Made by a program: the position numbers and the translations under genes. Shown here piece after piece: positions 24,739 to 38,229 of a stretch of 64,000 nt of DNA. Positions within the stretch are counted from its first letter, which is position 1. Every line of letters begins with the position of its first letter. Origin of the DNA: Camelus ferus (taxonomy: Eukaryota); contig NC_045696.1 in NCBI RefSeq assembly GCF_009834535.1, positions 103,914,001 through 103,978,000 on the forward strand, written 5' to 3'. The notes beneath the pieces were generated by a model. The model was not told the origin of the DNA. It searched no databases and worked only from the letters and a program-made list of their open reading frames with translations.

Positions 24739-26674
24739 ATCTTAATATTTTCCTGAACTCCAACACGTATCCAAGAATGAAGACCTCAGACTCAGGCAGG
24801 CTAATTTACCCTGCAAAATTTTCCCTAAAAAAAAGTGTGGCTGAAAATTGGCTCTCTTAAAACAGAAGGTACTTTCAGAAGAGTTATATAAGCAAAACAA
24901 ACAGGCCAATTCAGTGACATGGAAACCACCTCATACAAGAGAAACGCAGCAAACCCAAGTAACCCACAGTCGCGTCTCAGAACAAGAATCGAGGTTGGTT
25001 GTAACATCCTACCTCTCTGACCAAAGGATGAAAAATTTTTAATGAAAAGTGATAAACAGCTAAATGGCCGACAGCCCTAATACACTTTTTGGAATGGATT
25101 CTTTTTTTCTTTTTTTTTTTTTTACAGTTCCTTAACCAGCTGGAGTACCTTTAAACTTCTGCCCACCTTCTCTTGACCTCTTTTCCCATGCTGGAAGGAT
25201 AAAGTGGGTTATTTTTAATTCTCTTTACTATGAGAAGCGTCTGTCATATGCACCAGATGTGTGCATGAAGCATGTCACAAATCAGAGGTGAAGCAAGGAA
25301 ATTTGCTCAAAGCCTCCTCCCTTCATTCAAATCACTTATTCCAAATGCCAAGTCATTCTTATGCCCCTTGCATCCTCAGAATGTCCCACTCTCTCAGCCA
25401 CCTGACATTCCTCCCATCACTCAAACTGCAACAGCAACGCCACCTCCTCACGGAACTGTCCGAGGAGGTGATGGACGCCCAGCTCTTGTCTCCCATCCAC
25501 GGGGGTGAGGTGGAGATTGGAAGGTAGGTAGGTGGTAACAAAAACACAATTGCCAGCATCGCACAGTTCTTTTCTCAGCTTCAAGGACCCAGTACCAGAA
25601 GTTTAGGGAATTAGGGTCAGCCTGCTTTCCAGAGCAGGTGTGGATTCATTCATTCACTTAACAAGTATTCACGAGACACCTACTGTGGGGTCAGCAGTGA
25701 TGGTTCCTGCAGGAAAGAGGGACACAGACATGGTACCTGCTCTCAAAAAGCAGACAGTCTTATAGAAGGAAAAGACACAAAAACTGAAAATGATGGTACC
25801 ATGCAGAGAGTGTAAACACGGGAACAGGCTCAGGGACATACAACAAAGAAGCCCAGGCCCAGTTAGGGAGTCATGGAAGGTTCCTGGAGGAGAAACGGCT
25901 GAGGGAACCATGCAGAGGAGAGGATGGAAGGGAGGTGAGGAAGAGAGCAGCCCACACAGAGGGGCAGGCAGGATCTGGCCACAGGAATCTGCCCCAAGAA
26001 GGGAAGGGGTCTCCCAGAGACCCACCACTAAAGGGTTACAACCAAGCAGGTATCAGGCTAGATCTGTGTTTGAGATGACCACCCTTGGAGAGCAGCAGGG
26101 CACCTAGATTTGGGGCCCAGCCTGAGCACAAGCTCCCAAAGAAGGGCAGAGTGCTGGTGGTGAGGCCGGGGACCTGTTCCTGCCTCGCCGCACAGGGTTT
26201 CCCATTGCACCATCCCCGCTGCCCAGGGGGCTGAGTTTCCTACTGGGACCTAATCCCCCACACTCACCAACAACTCCAGCCCCACTGCTTACCCGACAGA
26301 ACGGACACCCACCCCTCAAAGAACCAACCTGCAGGCCGGGCGCCTCGGCCATGTGGCCTGGCAGGAGGAGACAAGCTGACCACTCACTGTCTTCGCCTTG
26401 GGAACCTGAACTAAGGATCCAGGAATCACCAGGCAGGTCAGGAAACCCAGGGGGACGTCAGGAACGAGTCCGAGGCCCCGTGATTGCTCCTGTTTCTCGC
26501 AAGCAAAGACGCACACCCAGACTCCTACCCACGTCCACCTACCATTCGCCCCAGTGATAAAGAGACTCGGTCGTTTGAACCCTCACTGTTCATTTAGAGA
26601 ACAAAGGCTTCCCACGGGGCCCTCTGTTTCAGAGAGAGGCCCCCACCCCTCCCAGGACCCACAACCAGACTCAC

Positions 26675-26753
26675 AGAACTGCAGGCTGAGGCTCACGAAG
26701 GCCAGCAGCGCAGCCAGGGCCAGCAGCAGCAAGAAGCGGTTGCGGAAAAGCAT
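26675..26753 (-). CDS. PXYLP1: PXYLP1 first coding exon, CDS part (79 nt): MLFRNRFLLLLALAALLAFVSLSLQF, short tail plus signal-anchor; full exon is 26675-26806
   Basis: ATG at 26753-26751. Acceptor ctctcgtctcttcacAG (AG at 26808-26807). Donor T|GTGAGT at 26674. Phase 1 joins exon 3 (T+TC = Phe). Confidence 0.96.
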
Positions 26754-28927
26754 TATTATCTGTTCTATCTTCTCTTCATGGTTTCACCTCAAATTGGGAA
26801 CCCGTCCTGTGAAGAGACGAGAGGCAATAAATGTGTGTTCCAAGGTGGGAAACCAAGTTTGTCAACTGAAAACAATCCAATTAGCCCTGTCCTCTGGCAG
26901 GGAAGCGTGACTCCCAGGCCGAGAACAATCGTGCGCTGTTGCTTGGGGCCTTGCCCCCAGATAAGCCCAGCTGAGAAGGTGACCTTCAACTTAGTAAGTG
27001 GAACAGGTCGTGCTCCGTTTATCTGACCTTAACAGGGAAGGAGATTTTCCAGTGCGGACTTTCCAAAGAAAAATGTAAAGGAAGTTTACTGAGCACTTTC
27101 GGTGTGCCAGACAACGGAGGCTTACAGGGACCAGCAAATGCTCATGCTGTTCTGATCCCCAACTTCTAAATCTTCAACCTTTCCTGATGAACACCCTGCC
27201 AGGAGGATCCTGCTCTTCTTTCATTTCAACTGTGACCCTGAAAGTCAATCGCTGCCTCGTGCCCCACGTTACTGCCTTTAGGGACGGCGAGGGTGAGCCG
27301 GAGGAGCTGTTCCGACACTAAGGAGCCCATCTGCTCACTAGAGGCTTCCCCGATCCTGGACCACTGAGCCTATTTCAGCTGCATCCGTGGGTCTCCCCAC
27401 AGCCCCACTCACCATTCTGATTTCCTCTGACCACATCAGAACTGTGCAAAAGGATTTTTTTTTTTTTTAATGCTGAATGACGTTCTAACTGCCCCTTCTG
27501 TGAAAAAAATGAAAGGTTGCCCTGGGGTTTTACTCCCTCAGTCTTAGCTACCAAGTTTATTTCCCAGTTCTCATTGGGGTTTGAAATAAAACTTGAAAAT
27601 CACAGCCTCTTCCGAAAAGGTACTTAACTATAGCAAGATTTATGACAGGTATTTCAAACTTGATTCTAGTGGCAGTTTCTTTTTCTTCTTCAAATATAAA
27701 CTCATTCAGAGCCCCAGTGGATACAATCAGATAAGGGCTCACCGGCTAATGTGATGGGGGCTACACACTTCTGAGTGTACTAATAGCTACTGAATTACAC
27801 ACTTTGCGTGAGTTGTTTGGTATGCGAATTATATCTCAATAAAGCTGTTTTCTTAAAAGCATATATGCAGGGAATAAAGCAGGAGTCCCTTGCTTCCCAG
27901 CTGTCCTCCCCCTGACCCCACCCTCACCCCAGAGCCCCTACAGAGGAGTTGGAGAACCACTTATTTAAGGCACCTGTCAGACTTTCTACCACAAGAGAAC
28001 ATTGGCTGAAAGACTGACAAAAAGACACTTGCACCTCACCACTGAGCCTGCAGTCCAGCACCCGGCAACTCTGTTAACAAACGAATCCCAATTTACACCT
28101 TCACATAAGCACTGCTTCTGTCCCTTGAGTCACCACTCCTACCCAGGGGTCAGTGCCTCATGCTCTAGGATGGTCTGCAAGTCTTCCTGGGGACGCTTCT
28201 CTCTCTGGCCTGGAGGGGACTCACCAGCCGTGAAAGCTCTCAGGCTAAAACAACACACTAGGAACTCAAACCACTCAAAACCACCCATTTCCTTAGGTTT
28301 CCATCCACTGAGCATAGTGTGAGCCAGCTGCCATGTGGGGCCCTTGACATCCCGTCAGGATAGGCTTGGTAATTTCTAATTTCTAATATGTAAGCAGAAA
28401 ACTGAAGGCACAAGGTTATTAAGTGGTGGTGACGAGGTACAAAATGAGATCCGTGCCTCTGAAGCTTTCTTATGCATTATCATGTTGCCCCTACACGTCT
28501 GCACACTGATTCGAGTTGTCACCTGTGGGTCTGCACAGAACAAGTTAACTCCTGGCACGTGCCAGCTTCTTGGATGCCTGAGGAGGGCTGGCGGCTTCTG
28601 GCTCATGGAGCTCACGGAGCTCATGGATTTCAGAACCTTCATTATCTCAGTCCTTCCTGATTGAATTTATTTTACTTTACAATGACCCTCTTATAATTTG
28701 ATCTCTAATTTGAGGAAGGTGAGTGGAGTGTGTGGGTGGAGGGTGGCTCACAGACGGTTCAGAACAAATGTCTCCTTCTGGGGGTCCCTGGACCCCCAAC
28801 AATAAAGATGGGGTTTTCTTCAGGCCTTCCTCCCCCTTCTGTTAGGCTACCACCTTCTTTTGAGGCGAATACCATCTTTGGAAAGTCTCCTTTTCCTTCA
28901 CATGAACGTCTTCAAGAGTTCCTGCCT

Positions 28928-29048
28928 GGGGTTGCGGGGAGGATACAGCTCCAGTGTAGAGCGCATGCTTGGCATACACGAGGTCCTGGGTTCAATTCCC
29001 AGTACTGCCACCAAAATAAACAGACAGACCTGATTACCTCCCCCAACC

Positions 29049-29076
<28 letters not shown>
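28928..29076 (+). mobile_element. tRNA-Ala-derived SINE, longer variant with A28 tail
   Basis: gagcgcatgcttggcatacacgaggtcctgggttcaattcccagtac, an extra acctgattacctcccc segment, poly(A), and an imperfect TSD aagagttcctgcctgg / aaaagctcctgactgg. Confidence 0.9.
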
Positions 29077-29079
<3 letters not shown>

Positions 29080-29959
29080 CCTGACTGGCAGATGGCCTCT
29101 GGGGTCTTTCAGGGTTTTACTGTTAGGAGAGGCCTGCAGCCCTTGCTGTCTGAAGGTGCTTTTTCTTGTGGGACCACATCAGCAGGGTGTGCAGAGAAAG
29201 GGCACAGGACTCTGGAGGCAGATGGACCTGCGTAAGAACCTTGAGCACAGGGGCCATGGGCCAAGTTACTTCACCTCCGAGATTTAGTTTCTTCATCTGT
29301 ACATTGGGACCAATCACCTGGGGATGCTGTGAGGACTAAATTAAAGGCTAAGTACAGTCCCCAGCCTACGGGAGACATTCAAACGAAAACGGCTGTCATG
29401 ACCTTCACTACCTACTCGTCTCCCATCAGGTCACTTTCCTGCTTTGTCCCTCCTCCTGGGAAACAGGAATAGTTTCTTAACCTGTTTGTTGGCTCCTCCA
29501 GGTATGCTGAGTACTGAACGCTCACACGTTCACATCCCTCTGTCTGCCGCCCTGGCTCAGATGTCTTCGGCTCCTCACTCTGGGCCTGGGACACAACCTT
29601 GCCGGCCTGGGGAAACCACCCACCCCGATTTCTGAGTCTGGCTTCAGCGCCGCAGAGAACAGACTTGCCTCTTGGTTGCTCTGTATTTGGGTGTGGGAGG
29701 TGAGAACCTTTCTTCTGATGCTGGGCCAGATCTGGCCTTTCAATCACTTCCTGCCTCCAGCTGCTCGGGAGACTTCCCACCACACTTACCAGCAGACGAG
29801 GCCACGTGAACTGCTAAGCGCGCTGCCTGGTTTTCCCCGACGCTGCCTTTTTACACAAGGGTTAATCACAATACGGTTCAGAGTCACCCTCAGATGGGTG
29901 TTAGGTGGAAACCCTGCCTTTGCTAAGTTAAACCTCAGGCTTATAGGTATGCTCGCCCT

Positions 29960-30455
29960 GTTGCAGGGATGGCCCCAATTTGTTCTTGCCTCTCTGTATC
30001 CACGGCCTTGTGAAGGCTCCTCCCAAGCTGACTCTAAGCTTGGACAAGGTATCTGCTTTAGCTGATGGGACAACAGCAACTAAGCTACAAGCAGAGGCGT
30101 GAGAAGTACTTACTCACTGGGGCTTGTCCTCCTTTGCTGCTTTGGGAATGCCAAGTCCACCAAGTGAAGACACCCAGGTGAGCTGCTGAAGGATGAGAGA
30201 CCACGTGGGGCCAAGGCAAGCAGTCCTGGCCAAGGCTCTCTTCAAACAACCAGCTTGCGAATCATCACACATGTGAGCAAGGCCATCCCAGACCATCCAG
30301 CCCAGCCACACCCCCCATAGATGGATACCAGGAGAGTCAGCCTGGACTAGAAGAATTGCATGGCCAACCCACAGATTACAGCAAACATAAAGGTTGCTGT
30401 TTTAAGCCACTACGTTTTGAGAGCTTGATCCATGTAGAACAAACACTAACTGATC
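29960..30455 (+). mobile_element. MaLR LTR, MLT1-like
   Basis: gagagaccacgtgggg, catgtgagcaaggccatc and the 3' end ggttgctgttttaagccactacgttttg...actaactgat. Confidence 0.7.
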
Positions 30456-33400
30456 CAATAAAGAAAAAAATACCTTGGGTCTTTACCAGGAAATTCTAAG
30501 TAAGCCAGGGTCTAGATCTCCATGTCCTCATTTTTTTTTTTTTTTTTTGCAGACACCATATGCAAAAGCTCCATCTTGTCTACATTTTTCAAATATGCTG
30601 AGTGCTTTTTGGGAAAGGGGCTATATTTAGTTCTAGATTTAAAATACTGAGGATATGTTGGGTTAGCCAGATGGCTGGGATCATGTGACTGCCTTACTGC
30701 TTTTAGTTTTTGCACTACTGACATCTCTGTGTATCTGTGGCTTTTCATTTGATGACACAGGATTCCTTCTGGAGTCCCACCCACCATTTCGCCTTGATAC
30801 ACTCTGAGTTTCTGTGTCCCTATCTTCTGACTCTGTTTTGGCAGATTCCAAATGGCACATGATGGTCAGAGTCTCACTACGTCCACTCGAGCTAGGCCCA
30901 GCCTGGGGCGCACATGACCCAGGGGCAGGTGTGGGGTAGGGTGGAGTACATTGACACTGGGATAAACAGACATCTTCCCCTGAAGTTTATTTTCCTGGAA
31001 AACTTAGAGAGGAAGATCATGCTCTATTCTTTTTTTTTTTTTTTTAAATGGCTAAACAGTAATGATAAGATGCAAAATTCTTATGACTTTAAAGTTTCTC
31101 TTTGCCACTGGAGCTAGGACCCCCAGCACTGTGTGTATGCATGAGTCAATCCAATGTGAGACTCCGGCGCATGGCTCTGCCCTGGGGTGTTTCTTCACTG
31201 GGGACACTTCCTCGGTGGGAGAGGCAGAGGGGAGCCCTGATGTAGTGGAAAGCATGAGGCTTTAGCCACCAGCAGATTTGTGTCAAGTCCCTGCTCTGCC
31301 CTCCTGACAACTTCACTTTGCTGAGTTTCAGGACCCTGATCTTTAAATAAGTTTGGGGAAAAGAGTCTGAAAGAGCAAGAGGGCGGTGGGTGAGGAGTAA
31401 ATATCATAATGCACAGAGCACTTGGCACAGAGGGATGTGCTGAGTTTGAATCCTCAGCTCTGGGGGAGTCATACAGGCTCCTGCCCACCATCTAAACACA
31501 AAGATTTGCCCTTTCCCGGAGCTGCTGCTTCTGCTCCATGCTGTGGTTCCCCTTCCAAATCCTGGCCACTGGCCACTTCCCTATTTACAGGCCCAGCCCC
31601 ATTCATCAGGAGGGGCAGCCACGTTTGCAGCCCATTCCCGGCCCCTCCGCCATGCCAGCCTTCCCTGGGGCTGACTCAGCTGTGGTGCTCTGCCTCACCA
31701 CAGGTTTTCCAGCCTGGAACATCTGTCTCAGCTTCTGTTGGGCCCCATCCTAAGAAGACAGGATTACCAGCCAACAGGCTCTCTCTGACTCTGTGGCCCA
31801 GGCTCCAGCCCCATTCTCCAGAGACCCTTTCTCCTTTTCAATCCCTAGCAAGGAAGCTCACAGCCACTCAAGAAGTCCAGCATTCCTCGGTTTCCCTTCC
31901 AGCCATCTTCCTGCATACCCACTCCACAGGAGATCTGAGCACGCACACCCCTGGGGTCTACTGCAGCTCCTCCTGACGCCGCCTCAGACTTGTCTAAGTC
32001 ATGCCAAGTGACAGCCAGGACTCGGCCCATAGCAGAAACCCCACAGCCTGCTCCCTCACAGCCCAGAAAGTAAAGGCCACAGGAAGAGTCATGGCCACAT
32101 CAGCAGGGTGAGATGCTATGGGATTACGACATACTTCAGTACAGATCCCAGCTCTCCTAATCCTCCAATATCTCCCAAGTCCATCACCTTCCACGGAAAA
32201 GACGCTCTTGCTCAATATGGCGTCATGACCAAATCTAACTCTTATAAACACGTCGGTGGAAACAACTGTTTTACGTTGCAGTTTGAACAGGTAACAGTTC
32301 CCAGTCATCAAATGTCTACTGGGCACAGACTTAGTCCCTTGTGCTAAACCCACACAGTAAAAATATCTTAAATCCAGAAATAGAAGTGTTATTCTAAATT
32401 CCTGATGAAGCAGCAAAAAAGAAAACAAACAAGCAAAAATCTCAGTTAACTTAATTCAACTTTACAATAGATTTGAATAGTAAAAGAAAATATTGAGAAT
32501 ATAATTTTGAAAAAAGCACTAGTTAATAGGCAGTTCCCATTGCAGTATTATGGTAAATACTATTTCTGAATTAAGAGGAAAAAGGAACATATCAAAGGCA
32601 TTTTTACAAGCTACCATTCTACCACCAGAGATTTCCAAAGCCCCAGCTCTGGCCTGATTTTCACCTTGTAAAAGCTGGATATGCCACGTCTAGTGACTCT
32701 AGTCTCAGAGTCCCCTTCAAAGTGTACAGAATTTAGGGTTTTAAACATGACCATGACTGTTGGAAAGAAAAATGTGCATTCAATTATCTCCCATTTGTGT
32801 AGTTAAAATACCGTTACCAGGAATAGAAAGATGGTATTAAAGAAAATGCTTTAGATGTATTCTATACATTGATTTTTTTTTTGTCCTAATCATTTTGGCC
32901 GAAGTAAACAAAGCATTATATATTAAAAAAGCCAAAACCCTCAAGTGTATAATTGTGAACTAAATATGAACCAAGCAAAGGTAAAAGCTACATCTTCATA
33001 GTCTTCCCTCCCCAAGGTCACCTCAAAGTGGAGTTTAATTGCAAAATCAAAGATGTTCAGCTAAGAATAAACCAAGCTTAAAGTCTGATGAGTGAGAGCC
33101 AGACAGATTCCAGAACCTCCTGCAAAGCCCGGGCAGCAGGACAGGCGGCAGGGAGGCTGCGGGCTCCCAGCGCTCATTCACATTCTAGTTACTCCAGCTG
33201 CAGCTAATGTGCAGACTGGGCTCTAAAGGCTGAAACCGAGTCATTCATCCAGTCAATCTGTTGATTCAAAACAACATATTTCCCCCAAAGCCAAGATGTG
33301 TTGGGCACCATCCAAAGTGCTGAGAACACAGGACACAGGATACAGGACACAGCTTCTGCCATCTTAAAGCTTACAGCTGAAATGTACTTATGAGAGAAAA

Positions 33401-35297
33401 GATGTGAGATTTAGGAATTGCTTGAAAATATCCTGGAAGTGGGGGTGGCAAGGTGAGGTCGAGGAGAAGTTAATGAAACAAGACCGGCAAAATGTTGACA
33501 ACTGTTGAAGTTGGGTGATGAATCCTAGAGGGCACATTATATGATCCTCTGTGACTTTGTGTATGTTTGAAGTTAAAAAAAAATTTTTTTTAAAGAGGTT
33601 TAAAAAAAAAAAAGGAAGCTCACAGTCTGTCAGTGAGGCAATAAGTAAACAGACCATTAGGCCTGTGAAACTAGTACCATCAGGGGGAAGCAGGGTCAGG
33701 GAGCGTTGGAGACCCACAGAACCACGGAGGCCCAGAGAGGGTGGTAGGTTTCCTATGAAGCAGGCTCACCCTGAGTTCAATCTTCAAAAGCAGATTGGAG
33801 CCGGTGTGTTTGTAATTGCACTTTAGGAAAATAGAATGAATCAAAGAAACAGCACTAAGTAAGACTGTACTGACTGTTGCAGGCAGTGGGAGCTTGGCAT
33901 CTTTGTGAATGAGAGGAGTCAGAAGGGCAGTGGGTTAGTCCTAGGCACCACCCCACAGCTGCACAAGCAGTGAGTCTGCTGCACTTGGGTACAGCCAGCT
34001 GCCCAGAGGCCCCAGAGGAGAAGGATCGGGGAACCCTCATCTTGGGGAGTTTGCCTGTGGCCTGGCAACCAACCAACAGGCAGGTGGCTGCAAGGGCCCC
34101 ATTTCCCCACCTAGGCCAGCCTACCCACTGACTCCAAGGAAGCCCACCCCCAAGGGAACTAGACAACACACCCACTGATGCCCACTCCCTTCCTGGAGTC
34201 CACTCTGGGCAAAAAGACACTGACCTCCAGGTCAGAGCAGGAGGAAGACCCAGGAGCCAGGCCACCAAGCAGTGCCAGATTGAAGGACAGGCCTACTTGG
34301 TGGACTGAACCTCATTTTCTAGGGTCAGGATTCTATCCTTTCCCAGAACCAGCTTCCTGCAGGAATATAAGACAGGAGCAGACCCAGAGGCCTCCCTGCC
34401 CCTCTCAGCAGGGGCGACACTTTAAAGGAAGCCTAGAACCATGCAGTGTGCCTCTCCTGGAACATTCTACACTGTGCCCCACACTGAGCCTGCCAGGCAC
34501 CTCTCTCACCCACGTTACTCTCCTCCTGAAGAACAGCCTGTCTTCTACCTTGGACTGGTGAGGGGTGATGTAACCCATGGCAACGTCATGCCCAGATGGG
34601 ACTCAGAGTGCCATGTGCACCTCCTGGCTATGGGGTCACCAGTGGTAGGGGTCATCAATGCTGCCCTGGACAAAGGCAGCATCAGGCCCTAGGCTCTCCT
34701 GCCCTGCTTCCTGGGCTCACAATGACCTGTCACACCCCACAAACCCCATCACAGGTCCCAGGCCTTCCCAGGATATGGAGTGAAGCCTGTGGGCTCAGGG
34801 GTCAGTTGGCTAAGTCAAGAGCCCTTCTTGAACCCTCCCTGAGCCCCAGTTTCCCCATCTATGAAATGGGTACAATCATAGGGTCCATCTCACAGGGTGT
34901 GTCAGGGATTAATACGTGTAAGGGACACAGCCCAGTACTGGGCTCCTAATAAGCTCTCAATAAATGTTAGCAGTGACTTCTCTCCTGGCTTCAATACCCA
35001 CCACCCACATGGGAGGTACTCACCCTTACTGCTGCCTCGTCTCTGCCCCCGACAGGAGAAATAGAATGCCTGCCCTGGGAGGCTATGCAGAGAAAGTCAG
35101 AGTTTGAAGAGGCTTTAAACATCCCTAGTTGAGGTCCCTAGTCTGACCAGAAGACAGGACAAGGGCAGGTCAGAACTGGCACAAGGCTCCAGGCTGCTGA
35201 GGGATCCCAGTTCTCATGGCTCCCACCCCTGTGGCACAATCAGAGAGTGGCAGCCAGCACTCTGTCATGCTCTTCCTCTTCATTGTAGAGACACATA

Positions 35298-35765
35298 TGT
35301 AGCCGACACTCTGAACTGTCCCCCAGCATCTATTCTCTCCTCCTTACTAACAGAATCCTTGAGGTTTTAGCCACTGAGCAGAGATAGTTATTTCTCAGGC
35401 TCTCTTGCAACTAGTCATCATCATGTGATCAAGTCTGGCCAGTGAGGTGTGACTGGAAGTAACACGTGCAATTCTCAGTCAAAAGGCAGCTGTCTACCCT
35501 GCCCCAATCTGCCCTCCCTTCTTCCTGCCTCCCCATGCTCCAAAACACTGGTGTGGGGGTGAGCCAGCTTTCTCAAAGCCCAAAGAGACAACATCCTTGT
35601 GGATGACAGAGGAGAAGCCTGGATGACCCCTGGGGGAAGGCCACTCATCTCCTTGACCACCAACCAGCTCAAACTGTTTGGAGAGAGAAAGATCAACCTC
35701 ACAACCTTTTAAAGTCACTGTTATTTCATTTCTGTTAAAGCAGCCAAAGCAATATCTTAATTAGA
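35298..35765 (+). mobile_element. MaLR LTR, MLT1-like
   Basis: tctcttgcaactag...catgtgatcaagtctggccagtgag and the 3' end tttaaagtcactgttattt...ctgttaaagcagcc. Confidence 0.65.
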
Positions 35766-38229
35766 ACTCATCACTAGCTCTAAAGAACAATGGTCCTCTC
35801 CACGGGGGCTCCCTCAGTGGAGTGTGATGGATAAGCACACACATTCATGTTGAATTGCATTAGGCAGAAAAACTTCATCACCGACCAGGCTGAACATCTC
35901 ACTTAGATGTGATATAAATGAGATATGGTCATGGTAAACTTTGTTGTTTTGGGGGGCTTTTTTTGTTTGTTTTATCGTAAACAATTCATGGACTTACAAA
36001 GATGGGTTGGCTGCTGGTAATAGAAAACCCTGCTAACGCAAAGGGGCCCATCAAAATTCACATATAATGAGTCACGGTATTAGGAACTGCTGCTCCAGGG
36101 TTGCTTAATTCAGCAACTCAAGGGCATCATGCGGAAGCCAGGATCTTCCCATCTCTGGATTCTCTGCCATCCTCTGTGTCTTGTCTCCAGGATGGAGCCC
36201 CTCAAAGTGTCACAGATGGTGACCACTTTCCCCAGCATCATCACACTTGGCAATACTCAGAGGCAGAAGGAACAACCCTGCACATTTCTACTGGAAGCAA
36301 GGATGGCTTTCCCAGAAACCCTCCAGTGGACTTCCCCTAATGCCTAACGGCCAGAACTCTGCCCAAACTGATCACCCGCACCAGGAATGGACCAATGAGG
36401 ATTCACTTCCTAGCAGAGGCCCACGCAAGGAGGGTGATGGTGGAGGCCTGAACAGAATCGGAGTTCTGTTAGGACGGAGGGAGGGAAGGGATGTCCGCAA
36501 CAACCCACAGCTGGAGAAGATCTAACAAAACACAGTTATTCTGAAAAAACAAAAACAAAAACAAAAAAAACCTCTCAAACCCACTCATCTGATGACAGTA
36601 CCAGCCTGTTTCAGATCTAGCAATCACAGCTCATACAGTCATAATTATTTGTTTAAGGAACATCAGTGCTGGTTTGCTCGGGTGCAGTTCAGTGACAACC
36701 AGCAGAGCAGCTCCCCTCAGCCTGCCGACTGCAAGTTCTACCGACAGCACCTTTTATTCCATATCTCACATGTGCTTAAATATGCAGCATGAATTATTTA
36801 TCTACCGCTTCTTTCCAAAAAGGATTCTGAGGCAGATAATCTGCAGATTTAGTGTTTTTAAATCCCTGAAATACTGAAGTTCTCCCCCCGCCTCCCCCAC
36901 ATTTGTGACCTACACGTTCCCCCTACTCTCCTCTTTGAGGTGTTCTTTCCAGCTTGACAAAGGATAAACTTGTCAGGACTGCTGATCACTTCTCAGGACC
37001 AGAACAGACTGAGATAACTAATTCAGCAAGCCAGAATTTCCACTTTTATATACTCTCCAGTGATTTTTTTCCCCTGATATTTGGGGAGAAGTCTGGGTTC
37101 CACCCAAATTTGCTGCTTTGCTCTTTCTTGAGTTCTAAAAGCATCACATCTGAAACTGGCATGCTTATTTAGAAAGTCAAGCACAAGGGTAAGTACGTCA
37201 ACAACCAAAAAAAGTAGAACATGCAGTTGGCGTGCTTTATCCACCACAAAGCCACTTGAAAAATATAGCTGATTCTTTTTATTTTGCAGGCAAACCATGT
37301 CAATTAAAAGTTCCTTAAAACGTCAAGGAAAGCACAAAAGGACTACACAGGCAGGGTTGTAAAACCAGAAATATAAGTGGTGTACAATGGAAGATTTGAG
37401 TGAGGAAGTCCAAATTTTAAAGGAAAAAAAAAAAAAAAAAAGCTTACAGGGTCCTGAGATTCACAGCTGTGCAAAGTGAATCAGGCACATGAAAGGGTAG
37501 GTTGCCAAGGCCAGTTACGCGTTCTGAAAGCTGCATTTTCTATGTTAACAATACTACATGGAAATAAGACTTTGCCCTGGACATTTACAAGAACAGCGCA
37601 CTCATCTGTGCAACGGATCGAGGTGTTTCTCCCAGGAGGCCTTTTTCCGGCTGGAAGCACACTCGCCTAGAGCCTCGTGCCCGCTGCTGGCCCACACCAT
37701 GGCCTGACGGCGTCGAGGCGTGGGGCCCCGGGCACTCTGTGGGTCATCATCACGGCTGGTACTGGTGGGCAGGAACTCCATGCCCCGAAAATACTTCTTA
37801 GAAAACTGCTGGGTGATTGATTCAGTGGGAGACTGGCAGCATGAGTGTCAATACAGAGTGAGCCCTCCTGCCCAAGGAGGTGGTCGAGTGGGCAGCTGCC
37901 TGCAGGGGGTCCTTGTGGAGGGGTTGACATGGGTGACCTCTCGGAGCATCCATGTGCTGAGATCCAAGGATTCTCTGATTCAGATGTTTTAAGATGCTCT
38001 CAAAACTTTTCCTTTTTTTCCTTCACACATACAAAGAGACAGAGAGAGCAAACACAGAGCTAAGAGCACAGTCACATAGAATCACAGACATTTAGCTTGG
38101 AAGGAATTTGAATTGCTATTTAATCCCAGCTCCTGTCTGATGAGGTAGAGAATAACATTGTAATAAACACCATTTAGCTGATTCAGCTTAAAGTTGCAAT
38201 GAATCACAAGCCTCAAAGTCAATGGTACT

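Noticed and set aside
28730..29287. 185-aa ORF with a poly-lysine tract
   Set aside because: It reads through a SINE, and the lysine run is the SINE poly(A) tail.
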